Shown: piece after piece, positions 8,939-17,708 of the stretch
Numbering within the stretch: position 1 is the first letter of the stretch
Layout: each line of letters starts with the position of its first letter
NCBI GenBank assembly: GCA_016219595.1
Contig: JACRLY010000035.1
Span: 1-63,231, forward strand
Length of the DNA stretch: 63,231 nt
Direction: 5' to 3'
Source: Ignavibacteriota bacterium
GTDB lineage: Bacteria > Bacteroidota > Ignavibacteria > Kapaibacteriales > UBA2268
Made by a program: the position numbers and the translations under genes
The notes under the pieces: model-generated
Database searches by the model: none
The model's input: only the letters and a program-made list of their open reading frames with translations
Told to the model about the DNA's origin: nothing

Positions 8939-9822
8939 ATGGCAGGGAGTGTCAGACTTAGAAATGCAGCAACAATAGCCTTAAAGGATTATCTCGGGAT
9001 AGCCGAAGAAGAATCATTACTGGTTATATGCGATGAAGGACAAAGAGAAATCGGTATAATATTATATAAAAAAAAAAAAAAACTCAGCAGGTAGATGCAG
9101 TAATTTGTCCAACATCTAAATCAATCACACATACCAAAGCCAGGAGAGAAGCATCCAAACTTGGAGTAAGGGTTGCCACAATGCCGGGAATAACTGTAAG
9201 TACAATGGTAAGATGCATGAATGCCGACCATGAACAAATTATCGAGCTCACAAATAAAGTTGCAGACAGATTGAAAAAAGTTAAACATATACGAGTAGAA
9301 ACAGCACTTGGAACAAATGTAACGATGCCAATTTCAAAACGTAAAATATTATCTTCAACAGGTGTTTTAAGGAACATAGGAGAAAGCGGAAATTTACCTT
9401 CCGGGGAAGTTTATCTTGCACCATGGGAAGAACAAACCAATGGAACAGTAGTGTTCGACGGTTCAATTGCAGGCTTAGGATTACTTAGAAATCCTATAAA
9501 AGTACATATTAAAAACGGGTATATCGAGAAAATTGACGGTAAAAGTGAAGCAAAAGATTTTGAAGAATTACTCAGTAAAGCAGGTAGCAAAGATGCCAAG
9601 GCAGTAGCCGAATTTGGAATTGGTACAAATTACAAGGCAAAACTTACGGGAGATATTCTCGAGGACGAAAAAGTACTGGGTACTGTCCATATGGCTTTTG
9701 GAAATAATATGTCAATGGGTGGAATAATAAATGTACAAAGTCATATTGACGGACTAATAAAAGAACCGACAGTTTACTTTGATGATGAAATAGTAATGAA
9801 AAACGGAAAAATTCTTTTCTGA
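8939..9822 (+). pseudogene. Aminopeptidase (M29/AmpS-like, aminopeptidase-T family) interrupted by a frameshift in an A15 run
   Basis: ATG 8939 opens MAGSVRLRNAATIALKDYLGIAEEESLLVICDEGQREIGIILYKKKKK and hits TAG at 9092-9094. The other frame is open from 9070 and reads (K)nTQQVDAVICPTSKSITHTKARREASKLGVRVATMPGIT... to 9822. One extra A in the run would fuse the two parts into a 294-aa ORF. Confidence 0.7.
9068..9082 (+). repeat. A15 homopolymer at the frameshift point
   Basis: Counted directly: 15 consecutive A residues. Confidence 0.95.
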
Positions 9823-9869
9823 TTCCGGTGCTTGTATATAAATTATCGAATATTCAGAAACAAAATCTG

Positions 9870-11000
9870 ATGGATAAAATTAAAAGAATTAAGTATTTAT
9901 TAATTACGTTAATTGGTTTTATACTGATATTAGGATGTGAAAAAAAGGAAGAAGAAGAGATTCCTTTGACTAAAGAACAATTAGACTCAATTAAAAATGT
10001 TGAAATTGAAAAAGAAATAGCAAAACACGATACTTTCCCAAAAATAACCTATACTCAAATCATAATAAGGGACAGGGATCATATTCAATCAATTTTCGAT
10101 AAAATTAAAAATCCAAATTCAGAATTTCCAAATCTTAAGGTATTAGCTACTCTTAATAGAAAAGAGCTTAGATTTTTTGCAGTTGGACAGACTATTGTAA
10201 TACCTGATACAATTATAGAAAACATGCTTGCATATTCTTGTTTTCCACAGTATTATCCCGGAGCAAAAGATTTAAAAAAAATCATTATTGTGTCAAATAA
10301 ATACCAGGCATACGCATGTTATGAATATGGACACTTGGTTAGATTTGCAGCATCTAATACAGGTAAAGAAAGGACACAGACATACCCCGGCAGATACTCA
10401 CTCGAGTGGAAGGAAGCGGTACACCGTTCATCATTAGACAGCGAATGGGTAATGCCTTTTAATTTTAATTTCCATTCAGAAGCAGGTAATGCGTTTCACC
10501 AGTTCATGATGCCCGGAAGACCGGTATCTCATTCATGCTGCCGTCAGTTCATGGATGACGCCAAATGGCTGTTTTACTGGGGTGAAGGTTATAAGAAAGA
10601 TACAAACGGGAAGAAAATACCGTTATCCGGTACTCCTGTAGTGCTTATAGACCATTTCGATTTTGCACGTAAAACAGGAGGACCATGGTTGGATTTCAAG
10701 TCAAATAAGGATAGTTTACTTTCATTACCAATTGACCCAATGGCAGTTGAAGAGGCATTGATACCAATGTGCCAGATTCCAGAAGCAAGCCGAGGAAGCC
10801 TGAGAAACAGGGCAAGGTATGTTAGTGCTGAAGATACATTAAGAGCCAGGGGAGTTATAAGACCGGGAGTAAAATTGATAGTCACAGTTGATTATAATAA
10901 ACAAAGACGGTTGAAAGAACTTAAGGCATTGAAAGCAAAAGAAGCGAGAGATAAGGAAACACTCAAGAAGAAAGAGACAGAAAACCTGAATCATGAATAA
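9870..11000 (+). CDS. Lipoprotein with an L,D-transpeptidase (YkuD)-like catalytic domain
   Basis: ATG 9870 gives MDKIKRIKYLLITLIGFILILGC (signal peptide plus lipobox). ...NAFHQFMMPGRPVSHSCCRQFMDDAKWLFYW resembles the H...SHGC(I/V)R YkuD active site. The C-terminal tail is lysine/glutamate-rich. Confidence 0.55.
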   Translation: MDKIKRIKYLLITLIGFILILGCEKKEEEEIPLTKEQLDSIKNVEIEKEIAKHDTFPKITYTQIIIRDRDHIQSIFDKIKNPNSEFPNLKVLATLNRKELRFFAVGQTIVIPDTIIENMLAYSCFPQYYPGAKDLKKIIIVSNKYQAYACYEYGHLVRFAASNTGKERTQTYPGRYSLEWKEAVHRSSLDSEWVMPFNFNFHSEAGNAFHQFMMPGRPVSHSCCRQFMDDAKWLFYWGEGYKKDTNGKKIPLSGTPVVLIDHFDFARKTGGPWLDFKSNKDSLLSLPIDPMAVEEALIPMCQIPEASRGSLRNRARYVSAEDTLRARGVIRPGVKLIVTVDYNKQRRLKELKALKAKEARDKETLKKKETENLNHE

Positions 11001-11063
11001 GTCGGAAGCCGGAAGTCAGAAGCCGGAAGCCGGATGTTGGAAGTTGTTAGTCGATAGTCGTTA
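11001..11063 (+). repeat. Nine perfectly phased heptamers directly after the stop codon
   Basis: gtcggaa gccggaa gtcagaa gccggaa gccggat gttggaa gttgtta gtcgata gtcgtta. The first base is the one after TAA 10998-11000. Confidence 0.9.
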
Positions 11064-11095
11064 GGGTTTTGAATATTCAGTTTTTAATTAATTAA

Positions 11096-12001
11096 ATGAA
11101 GGCATGGAAGGCAGAATTATTCCTATTATTGATGACCCTGATTTGGGGAGGAACATTCTTATTCACTAAAATCGGATTGCAATTCACATCACCTGCTTTA
11201 TATGTTATAATAAGATATACAATAGCACTAACTATTTGTTTAATTATTTTCGGGAAAAACTTAAAATTATTAAACAGGCAGACTTTCATTAGCGGAATTG
11301 TTTTAGGAATTATTCTCGGTGGAGGTTTTCTATTGCAAACAATGGGATTAAAATATACTACAGTATCCAAATCGGCATTTATTACAGGGGTATCAGTTGT
11401 TTTAACTCCGATTGTATTTTGGTTTATTGAGAAACGAAAAATCAGTTATTGGCAAATCGGTGGAGTTGTGATTGTAACAATCGGTTTGTGGATTTTCACT
11501 CAACCGGAATTCGATAATATAAATCTCGGCGATTTCTTAACTCTTTTGTCAACATTTTTCTGGGCATTTTATATAACATATATGGATGTTTTCACAAAAG
11601 GGAAAAGTGATTTTAAAGAAACGAGTTTAATTGTGATTTTTCAGTTTGTAGCAGCTTTACCATTAGCAATCATATTCTTTTTGGTTTTTGAAACAAATCA
11701 AATTAAACTTGATATTTCAGATGGATTGATATATTCTTTGGTTTACAATGCTATAATTGCATCATTTTTTCTCACAATAATTCATACAAGTGTTCAAAGA
11801 TATACATCGCCTGTTAAAGCAGCATTGATATTTTCACTTGAGCCTGTAATTGCCTCATACCTGGCTTATTTGTTTATGAGTGAATCAATGAATACTATTG
11901 AGTTTATAGGAGCTGCAGTACTGATGTTTGGCATTCTTATATCAGAAACAGGAGAGTATTTCATAAGCAAAATCTTGCCAATAAAATCTAAAGAAAATTA
12001 G
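11096..12001 (+). CDS. DMT-superfamily (EamA-like) transporter
   Basis: 301 aa with about 10 hydrophobic segments arranged as two EamA-type halves. Confidence 0.75.
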   Translation: MKAWKAELFLLLMTLIWGGTFLFTKIGLQFTSPALYVIIRYTIALTICLIIFGKNLKLLNRQTFISGIVLGIILGGGFLLQTMGLKYTTVSKSAFITGVSVVLTPIVFWFIEKRKISYWQIGGVVIVTIGLWIFTQPEFDNINLGDFLTLLSTFFWAFYITYMDVFTKGKSDFKETSLIVIFQFVAALPLAIIFFLVFETNQIKLDISDGLIYSLVYNAIIASFFLTIIHTSVQRYTSPVKAALIFSLEPVIASYLAYLFMSESMNTIEFIGAAVLMFGILISETGEYFISKILPIKSKEN

Positions 12002-12003
12002 TT

Positions 12004-12031
12004 TTTTAATTCCCAATTTTTAATTTTCAAT
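12004..12031 (+). repeat. Heptamer-periodic tract, 4 x NNNNAAT
   Basis: ttttaat tcccaat ttttaat tttcaat, beginning 3 nt after stop TAG 11999-12001. Confidence 0.7.
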
Positions 12032-12209
12032 TTTTTCATATACTTAATTCATAAAAAAGAAAAATTATTTTCATTCGGTTTGTAACTTTTTGAACGATTG
12101 ATGTGTTTTTATATATAGAATGTATTTGGCAGCCAATCTACATTCAATAACTAACAGGGTTTGAGATAAACCTGTATTATAGATTATTGATTGTTGAAAG
12201 GAGTATGCA

Positions 12210-14087
12210 ATGAAAAAGTTTCTGTTGGCAATTCTCGCAGTGGCACTCATAACTTTACTAATCAGTGCGGCACAATTCGGAATAATAAAAGGTATCGTAT
12301 TAGATGAAAACGGGAAACCTGTCATTGGAGCATCAGTAAGAGTAATCGGCACACCAAGAGGCACTTATGTCAAAAATAAAAATGGAAGTTTCATAATTCA
12401 AAATGTACCAGTTGGTAATTATAAACTTATTGTTAATGCTGTTGGCTATGAAAAATATAGAATGAGTATTTCAGTGGCTGAAGGAAAAACTGAAGAAATT
12501 AAAATTGTATTGGTAAAAGTAACATCTAATAAAGATGAAGTTAAAGTTTATGGCAGCAGAGTAATGGTTCAGAACTGTGAAGTTGGAAGAAAGACAAGTG
12601 GTGGTTATGGTGCTTTAAATGGTTATGCTCCTTCACCATATCCGGCAGGAGAATTCAATACGGAACAATATGATAGGATATATGATAATGAATTTAAGGA
12701 AGCATTGACAGAACCTCTATCAACTTTCTCGATTGATGTTGACAAAGCATCGTATAGCAATGTCAGAAGATTTATAAATGGTGGTAGTCTTCCCCCAGAG
12801 GATGCGGTAAGAACCGAAGAATTAATTAATTATTTCACATACGATTATCCCGAACCTAGAGGGGATGAGCCATTTGCAATATATTCTGAGATTGCAGAAT
12901 GCCCGTGGAATAAAGACCATAAATTAATACATATAGGATTACAGGGTAAGAAAGTACCACTTGAAAACATACCTCCGGGAAATCTTGTATTCCTGATTGA
13001 TGTATCAGGTTCGATGCAGGATTATAATAAACTTCCATTAGTGAAATCGGCATTACGGCTATTGGTAGAACAGTTGAGAGCACAGGATAAAGTAGCTATA
13101 TGTGTATATGCGGGTGCGGCAGGACTTGTATTAAATTCAACACCGGGGGGCAAGAAGACAGAAATCATTGCAGCTATTGAACAGCTCGAAGCCGGAGGGA
13201 GTACGGCAGGTGCAGAAGGAATTAAATTAGCTTATGAAGTTGCAAAGAAGAATTTGATTCAGGGTGGAAATAACAGAGTCATACTTGCAACAGATGGTGA
13301 TTTCAATGTCGGAGTTTCAAGCGACGGTGAGTTGACAAGAATGATTGAAGACAGAAGAGACGATGGTATTTACCTTACAGTTCTTGGTTTTGGAATGGGG
13401 AATTATAAAGATTCGAAAATGGAAAAGCTCGCTGACAAAGGAAACGGCAACTATGCTTATATAGATAATATGCTCGAAGCCAAAAAAATGTTTGTTAATG
13501 AGCTGGGAGGTACACTTTTCACAATTGCTAAGGATGTGAAAATACAGATTGAATTTAATCCCGGATTAGTGAAAGAGTACAGGTTAATTGGATATGAAAA
13601 CAGGTTATTGAATAAAGAAGATTTCAATGACGATAAAAAGGATGCGGGAGAACTTGGTTCGGGACATACTGTAACAGCATTGTATGAGATAATTCCGAAT
13701 AACGGTTCTCAGGGGAATAGCTGGAACAAAATTGACCCGTTGAAATACCAGACTACCAATGTGAATAATAATTCTTACAGTACAGATGAAATCGCAACTG
13801 TTAAGTTCAGATACAAGGAACCGGATGGCACAAAGAGCAAACTTATTGTTAATACTTTGAAGAATGCAGATAATAAGTTGAGCATGTCATCGGAGAATTT
13901 GAGATTTGCATCTGCGGTAACTGAATTTGCAATGCTTCTTAGGAAATCGAAATTTGTGGGGACTTCAACTTTTGATGAAGTAATAAAACTGGCAACTGGA
14001 GCAAGAGGACAGGACAGGGAAGGTTATCGAGCTGAATTTATCAGATTGGTAGAGGCGACAAAAGCACTGTCTGTGGCGAGTAAATAA
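12210..14087 (+). CDS. Secreted von Willebrand factor type A (vWA) protein with an N-terminal CarboxypepD_reg-like domain (YfbK-like)
   Basis: Signal peptide. GIIKGIVLDENGKPVIGASVRVIG...NVPVGNYKL is a carboxypeptidase-regulatory-like fold. The MIDAS motif is VFLIDVSGSMQ, followed by ...ILATDGDFNVG.... The C-terminal region is typical of vWA-associated DUF3520. Confidence 0.8.
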   Translation: MKKFLLAILAVALITLLISAAQFGIIKGIVLDENGKPVIGASVRVIGTPRGTYVKNKNGSFIIQNVPVGNYKLIVNAVGYEKYRMSISVAEGKTEEIKIVLVKVTSNKDEVKVYGSRVMVQNCEVGRKTSGGYGALNGYAPSPYPAGEFNTEQYDRIYDNEFKEALTEPLSTFSIDVDKASYSNVRRFINGGSLPPEDAVRTEELINYFTYDYPEPRGDEPFAIYSEIAECPWNKDHKLIHIGLQGKKVPLENIPPGNLVFLIDVSGSMQDYNKLPLVKSALRLLVEQLRAQDKVAICVYAGAAGLVLNSTPGGKKTEIIAAIEQLEAGGSTAGAEGIKLAYEVAKKNLIQGGNNRVILATDGDFNVGVSSDGELTRMIEDRRDDGIYLTVLGFGMGNYKDSKMEKLADKGNGNYAYIDNMLEAKKMFVNELGGTLFTIAKDVKIQIEFNPGLVKEYRLIGYENRLLNKEDFNDDKKDAGELGSGHTVTALYEIIPNNGSQGNSWNKIDPLKYQTTNVNNNSYSTDEIATVKFRYKEPDGTKSKLIVNTLKNADNKLSMSSENLRFASAVTEFAMLLRKSKFVGTSTFDEVIKLATGARGQDREGYRAEFIRLVEATKALSVASK

Positions 14088-14089
14088 AT

Positions 14090-14174
14090 TCTGAATGTTG
14101 AATTCTGAATGCTGAATTAAGAATGAAGACTTATAAAAAGTCGTTAGTTGTTAGTCAATAGTTCTTAGTTAGAA
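14090..14174 (+). repeat. Two adjacent heptamer-periodic tracts (5 x NNTGAAT, then 5 x GTNNTTA)
   Basis: tctgaat gttgaat tctgaat gctgaat taagaat (14090-14124), then gtcgtta gttgtta gtcaata gttctta gttagaa (14140-14174). Starts 3 nt after stop TAA 14085-14087. Confidence 0.9.
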
Positions 14175-14263
14175 CTTTAGATTTGATTGAAGAGGTAGAT
14201 TCAAATTCTGCCTCTTTGATTTTTAAGTGGGATTTTAAATTGATAATTCATTATTTTTGGATT

Positions 14264-14554
14264 ATGAGTGAGAAAGAAAAAATATCGAATGTTTTCAAAA
14301 CACATAAAGACTATTTGTTTAACAAATATCATTTAAAAACAATCGGGTTATTTGGTTCTGTATGCAGAGAAGATTTTACTGATAATAGTGATGTTGATAT
14401 ACTTGTTGAATTCGATAAATCAATCGGAGTGGAGTTTATTGACCTTGCCGATGAACTTGAGCAATTGCTGAACAGGAAGGTTGACCTCGTTTCAAAAAAT
14501 GGCGTAAAATTAAAGTATCTCACCGAAATTGAAAAAGATTTAATTTATGTCTAA
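14264..14554 (+). CDS. MNT-type nucleotidyltransferase (antitoxin of a HepT/MNT pair)
   Basis: GLFGSVCREDFTDNSDVDILVEF is the GSxxR...DxD minimal nucleotidyltransferase motif. ATG 14264 gives a 96-aa protein. The stop overlaps the downstream HepT start (ATGTCTAA). Confidence 0.8.
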   Translation: MSEKEKISNVFKTHKDYLFNKYHLKTIGLFGSVCREDFTDNSDVDILVEFDKSIGVEFIDLADELEQLLNRKVDLVSKNGVKLKYLTEIEKDLIYV

Positions 14555-14888
14555 AAGAACTCCCAAACTTATCCTTGAAGATATTTTAGATGCTGCTTAA
14601 AGTATAATTTTATACACCTCTAATATCAATTATGATGAATTTATTAAAGATAAAAAGACTATCGATGCAGTAATCAGAAATTTTGAAATAATTGGTGAAG
14701 CTGTAAAATTATAACCATTAGTATTGAAAAATAAATATCCTGATATTAACTGGCAAAGAATAAGAGGATTTCGCAACAGAATAATTCATGATTATTTCGG
14801 TGTTGATTTAAGTATAGTGTGGACAATTATCGAAACTCAAATAATGAATTTGAAAAATGATATACAAAGGATTTTATCAGAAATTTAA
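14547..14888 (+). pseudogene. HepT (DUF86, HEPN-family RNase toxin) inactivated by two in-frame TAA codons
   Basis: A single frame reads MSKRTPKLILEDILDAA*SIILYTSNINYDEFIKDKKTIDAVIRNFEIIGEAVKL*PLVLKNKYPDINWQRIRGFRNRIIHDYFGVDLSIVWTIIETQ.... The RNRIIHDY (Rx4HxY) HEPN motif is present. In-frame stops lie at 14598-14600 and 14712-14714. Confidence 0.85.
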
Positions 14889-15084
14889 TTTTAAAACGAT
14901 AGGGGCTGAAGGTTTTCAGCACCTGCATTATTAATACTCCATTTTGGACTACATTTTATAAGAAATGTTTATCAAATAATTATTTATACAATTCTAATAC
15001 CTATTTTTGTAAGCAATACGTCTATATAATCTTAAATTTCTTAATTCATAATGAAAATAATATTTTATAAAGAAAGGGAATTGA

Positions 15085-16488
15085 ATGAATACATATAATT
15101 GTGACCTCGTTGTAATTGGTTCCGGTCCCGGAGGGTACGTTGCGGCAATAAGGGCATCCCAGCTTGGATTGAATACAATTTGCGTAGAACGTGACAATTT
15201 AGGTGGTGTTTGTCTGAACTGGGGATGTATTCCGACGAAAGCATTGCTAAAAAGTGCAGAGTACAGGAATTTCATTAATAAATCATCGGAGTTTGGATTT
15301 GAAATAAAGGATTATTCGGTAGATTTTACAAAAGTGATTCGCAGAAGTCGTGATGTTGCCAATAAAATGTCGAATGGGGTTGGATTTTTATTTAAGAAAT
15401 ATAAAGTTCAGCAAGTAAAAGGAAACGGGTATATAAAATCAAAGGGAGTTGTAGAAGTTAAGGATAAGGAAGGGAATATAACTGACACAATCAACTGTAA
15501 GAATATTCTAATTGCTACAGGTGCAAGACCGAGGATGTTAAAAGGTATTGATGTCGATTTAAATAAAATTATTACGAGTACCGAAGCGATGATTCCCAAG
15601 GAGATTCCTTCATCTATTATTATTATGGGAGCGGGAGCAATAGGAGTAGAGTTTGCTTATTTTTATAATGCTTTCGGAACAAAAGTTACTATAGTTGAGA
15701 TGCTCGACAGAATCTTACCTATTGAAGATGTTGATGTATCGAATGAATTAGCACGTAATTTCAAGAAATCAAAGATTGATATTCTGACAAGCACTAAGGT
15801 ACTATCTGCAATTGCAAGATGTAAAGGAGTCGAAGTTAAAATACAGAAGAAGGATGGCAAGGAAGAAACACTGACGGCTGATTTGGCTTTGAATGCAATC
15901 GGAATACAGGCAAATATCGAAAACCTATGGCAGGATAGTCTCGGTATAAATCTCGAAAAAGGATTTATCAAGATTGATAAGTATATGAAGACTAATGTTG
16001 ACGGGATTTATGCAATCGGTGATGTGGCAGGTCCGCCCTGGCTGGCACACAAGGCATCGGCGGAAGGTTTGGCTGCTGTTGAATTTATAACCGGGCATAG
16101 TAAGGATGGAATTGATTATAATAATATACCCGGATGTACATATTGTCAGCCTCAGGTTGCAAGTATTGGATTAACTGAAGCAAAAGCCAAAGAAGCAGGG
16201 TATGAAGTTAAAGTAGGAAAGTTCCCATTCACGGCAAACGGTAAGGCGAATGGCATTGGTGAAGCAGTCGGCTTTATCAAACTTGTAATGGATGCGAAAT
16301 ACGGTGAAATATTGGGTGCACATATGATAGGTCCTGATGTTACGGAGATGATTGGAGAGATAGGAATTGCAAAGACATTGGAAGGAACGGGGAAATCTAT
16401 TTTCAAAACTATACATGCACACCCGACATTGAGTGAAGCAATAATGGAAGCGGCGGCACAGGCGTATGGGGAAACGGTGAACATCTAA
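15085..16488 (+). CDS. lpdA: Dihydrolipoyl dehydrogenase (E3)
   Basis: GSGPGGYVAAIRA (FAD site), GGVCLNWGCIPTK (redox disulfide) and C-terminal HAHPTLSE. Confidence 0.92.
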   Translation: MNTYNCDLVVIGSGPGGYVAAIRASQLGLNTICVERDNLGGVCLNWGCIPTKALLKSAEYRNFINKSSEFGFEIKDYSVDFTKVIRRSRDVANKMSNGVGFLFKKYKVQQVKGNGYIKSKGVVEVKDKEGNITDTINCKNILIATGARPRMLKGIDVDLNKIITSTEAMIPKEIPSSIIIMGAGAIGVEFAYFYNAFGTKVTIVEMLDRILPIEDVDVSNELARNFKKSKIDILTSTKVLSAIARCKGVEVKIQKKDGKEETLTADLALNAIGIQANIENLWQDSLGINLEKGFIKIDKYMKTNVDGIYAIGDVAGPPWLAHKASAEGLAAVEFITGHSKDGIDYNNIPGCTYCQPQVASIGLTEAKAKEAGYEVKVGKFPFTANGKANGIGEAVGFIKLVMDAKYGEILGAHMIGPDVTEMIGEIGIAKTLEGTGKSIFKTIHAHPTLSEAIMEAAAQAYGETVNI

Positions 16489-16520
16489 TTAATAATTAAC
16501 AATTAATAATTAATAATGAA
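16486..16520 (+). repeat. AT-only heptamer tract (5 x NAATTAA-like) that begins with the lpdA stop codon
   Basis: taattaa taattaa caattaa taattaa taatgaa. The first TAA (16486-16488) is the stop codon itself. Confidence 0.75.
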
Positions 16521-16606
16521 AAAAATAAAACTAATAATTGATTTCTTAATTCGGTTTTAATTACAAATTTTAATTTAAAATCTTTCATTATATATTTTTT
16601 ATCGAA

Positions 16607-17233
16607 ATGATTGCTGTTGAGGATTGGGGACTAATTGATTATAAAGAAGCATGGGATAAACAGAAAGTTTATGCTGATGAGGTTTACAACAGAAAAAGGG
16701 TAAGCACACTTATTTTCTGCGAGCATCCATCGGTGATAACAATTGGCAAAACCGGTTCTCAGAGCAATATTATACCCAAACCCGATTTTTTAAAGCAAAT
16801 GGGGATTGATGTATTTGAAATTGACAGGGGAGGGGATGTTACATTGCATAATCCGGGGCAGCTTGTCGGTTATCCTATATTCAATTTGGTTGAATATAAA
16901 CAGGATTTGCATTGGTTTTTGAGGGAAATTGAACAATGTATTATAGAATTATTGCATAAATATGATATAAATGGCGGCAGGGTGGAAGGATTAACCGGAG
17001 TATGGATAGATGGATTTAGAAAGATATGTGCAATGGGATTACACTGCTCGAGGTGGGTTACATCTCATGGATTCGCCTTAAATGTGATTAATAATTTAAA
17101 AGAATTTGATTTAATTGTACCCTGCGGCATTAAAGACAAGGATGTTACGTCAATAGAAAAAGAACTTGGCACAAGAGTTGAGATGGAAGCAGTAAAAGAG
17201 AAGTGTTCAAAAATCTTCAAAAAACACTTTTGA
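16607..17233 (+). CDS. lipB: Lipoyl(octanoyl) transferase
   Basis: ...EHPSVITIGK..., RGGDVTLHNPGQLVGYP and KICAMG are LipB motifs. The gene follows lpdA. Confidence 0.88.
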   Translation: MIAVEDWGLIDYKEAWDKQKVYADEVYNRKRVSTLIFCEHPSVITIGKTGSQSNIIPKPDFLKQMGIDVFEIDRGGDVTLHNPGQLVGYPIFNLVEYKQDLHWFLREIEQCIIELLHKYDINGGRVEGLTGVWIDGFRKICAMGLHCSRWVTSHGFALNVINNLKEFDLIVPCGIKDKDVTSIEKELGTRVEMEAVKEKCSKIFKKHF

Positions 17234-17293
17234 TAGAAAAAACTTGTTTTTTTTTGGAAAAGGTCTTAAATTTGTTAACGTTCTTTAAAATAA

Positions 17294-17367
<74 letters not shown>

Positions 17368-17405
17368 GATTTCGGGCAACCGAAATCACTTCCTCTTTAT
17401 GCTGC

Positions 17406-17449
17406 ATGCCTTGCCGTCAAGTCCCCCCGATGGCGAGGCATTTTTTTTT
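17406..17449 (+). terminator. Rho-independent terminator after the tRNA
   Basis: atgccttgcc (17406-17415) pairs with ggcgaggcat (17432-17441) with one G-U pair, followed by T9. Confidence 0.75.
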
Positions 17450-17452
17450 CGA

Positions 17453-17501
17453 TTACGAATTACGAAATATGGTTAACGAATTTAATGTTAATATTTTTGA
17501 A
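17453..17501 (+). repeat. Weaker heptamer-phased tract (ttacgaa units)
   Basis: ttacgaa ttacgaa atatggt taacgaa tttaatg ttaatat ttttgaa. Four of seven units keep GAA in phase. Confidence 0.55.
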
Positions 17502-17708
17502 TATTTCTCTAAAATAATAATTTATAAATATCGTTAACACAATAGAATATGAATTTTGTTATTCATTATTTTTTTTATTAATTTGAATTTGTTAATTAAT
17601 TAATCATAAATTAAGTACCGGTAATTATCGAAGGATTGCTACTGCATTAAATTAGAATGGTTTTATTATAAACATTGATGCATATTTTGTGTATTTAAAA
17701 GGAAGACT

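Noticed and set aside
9070-9180. A large internal deletion in the aminopeptidase gene in addition to the frameshift
   Set aside because: I first suspected missing sequence between the two halves. However, a single added A yields an uninterrupted 294-codon ORF, and I cannot judge expected family length without an alignment. Only the frameshift is claimed.
11001-11063. Heptamer tracts as a CRISPR array or as coding sequence
   Set aside because: The units are 7 nt with no spacers, far too short for CRISPR. The period is not a multiple of 3, and no ORF spans them.
14598-14714. In-frame TAA codons in HepT as evidence of stop-codon reassignment or programmed read-through
   Set aside because: TAA is used as the genuine terminator of many well-defined genes in this window (e.g. 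at 5663, 10998, 14085 and 16486). Decay to a pseudogene is the simple explanation.
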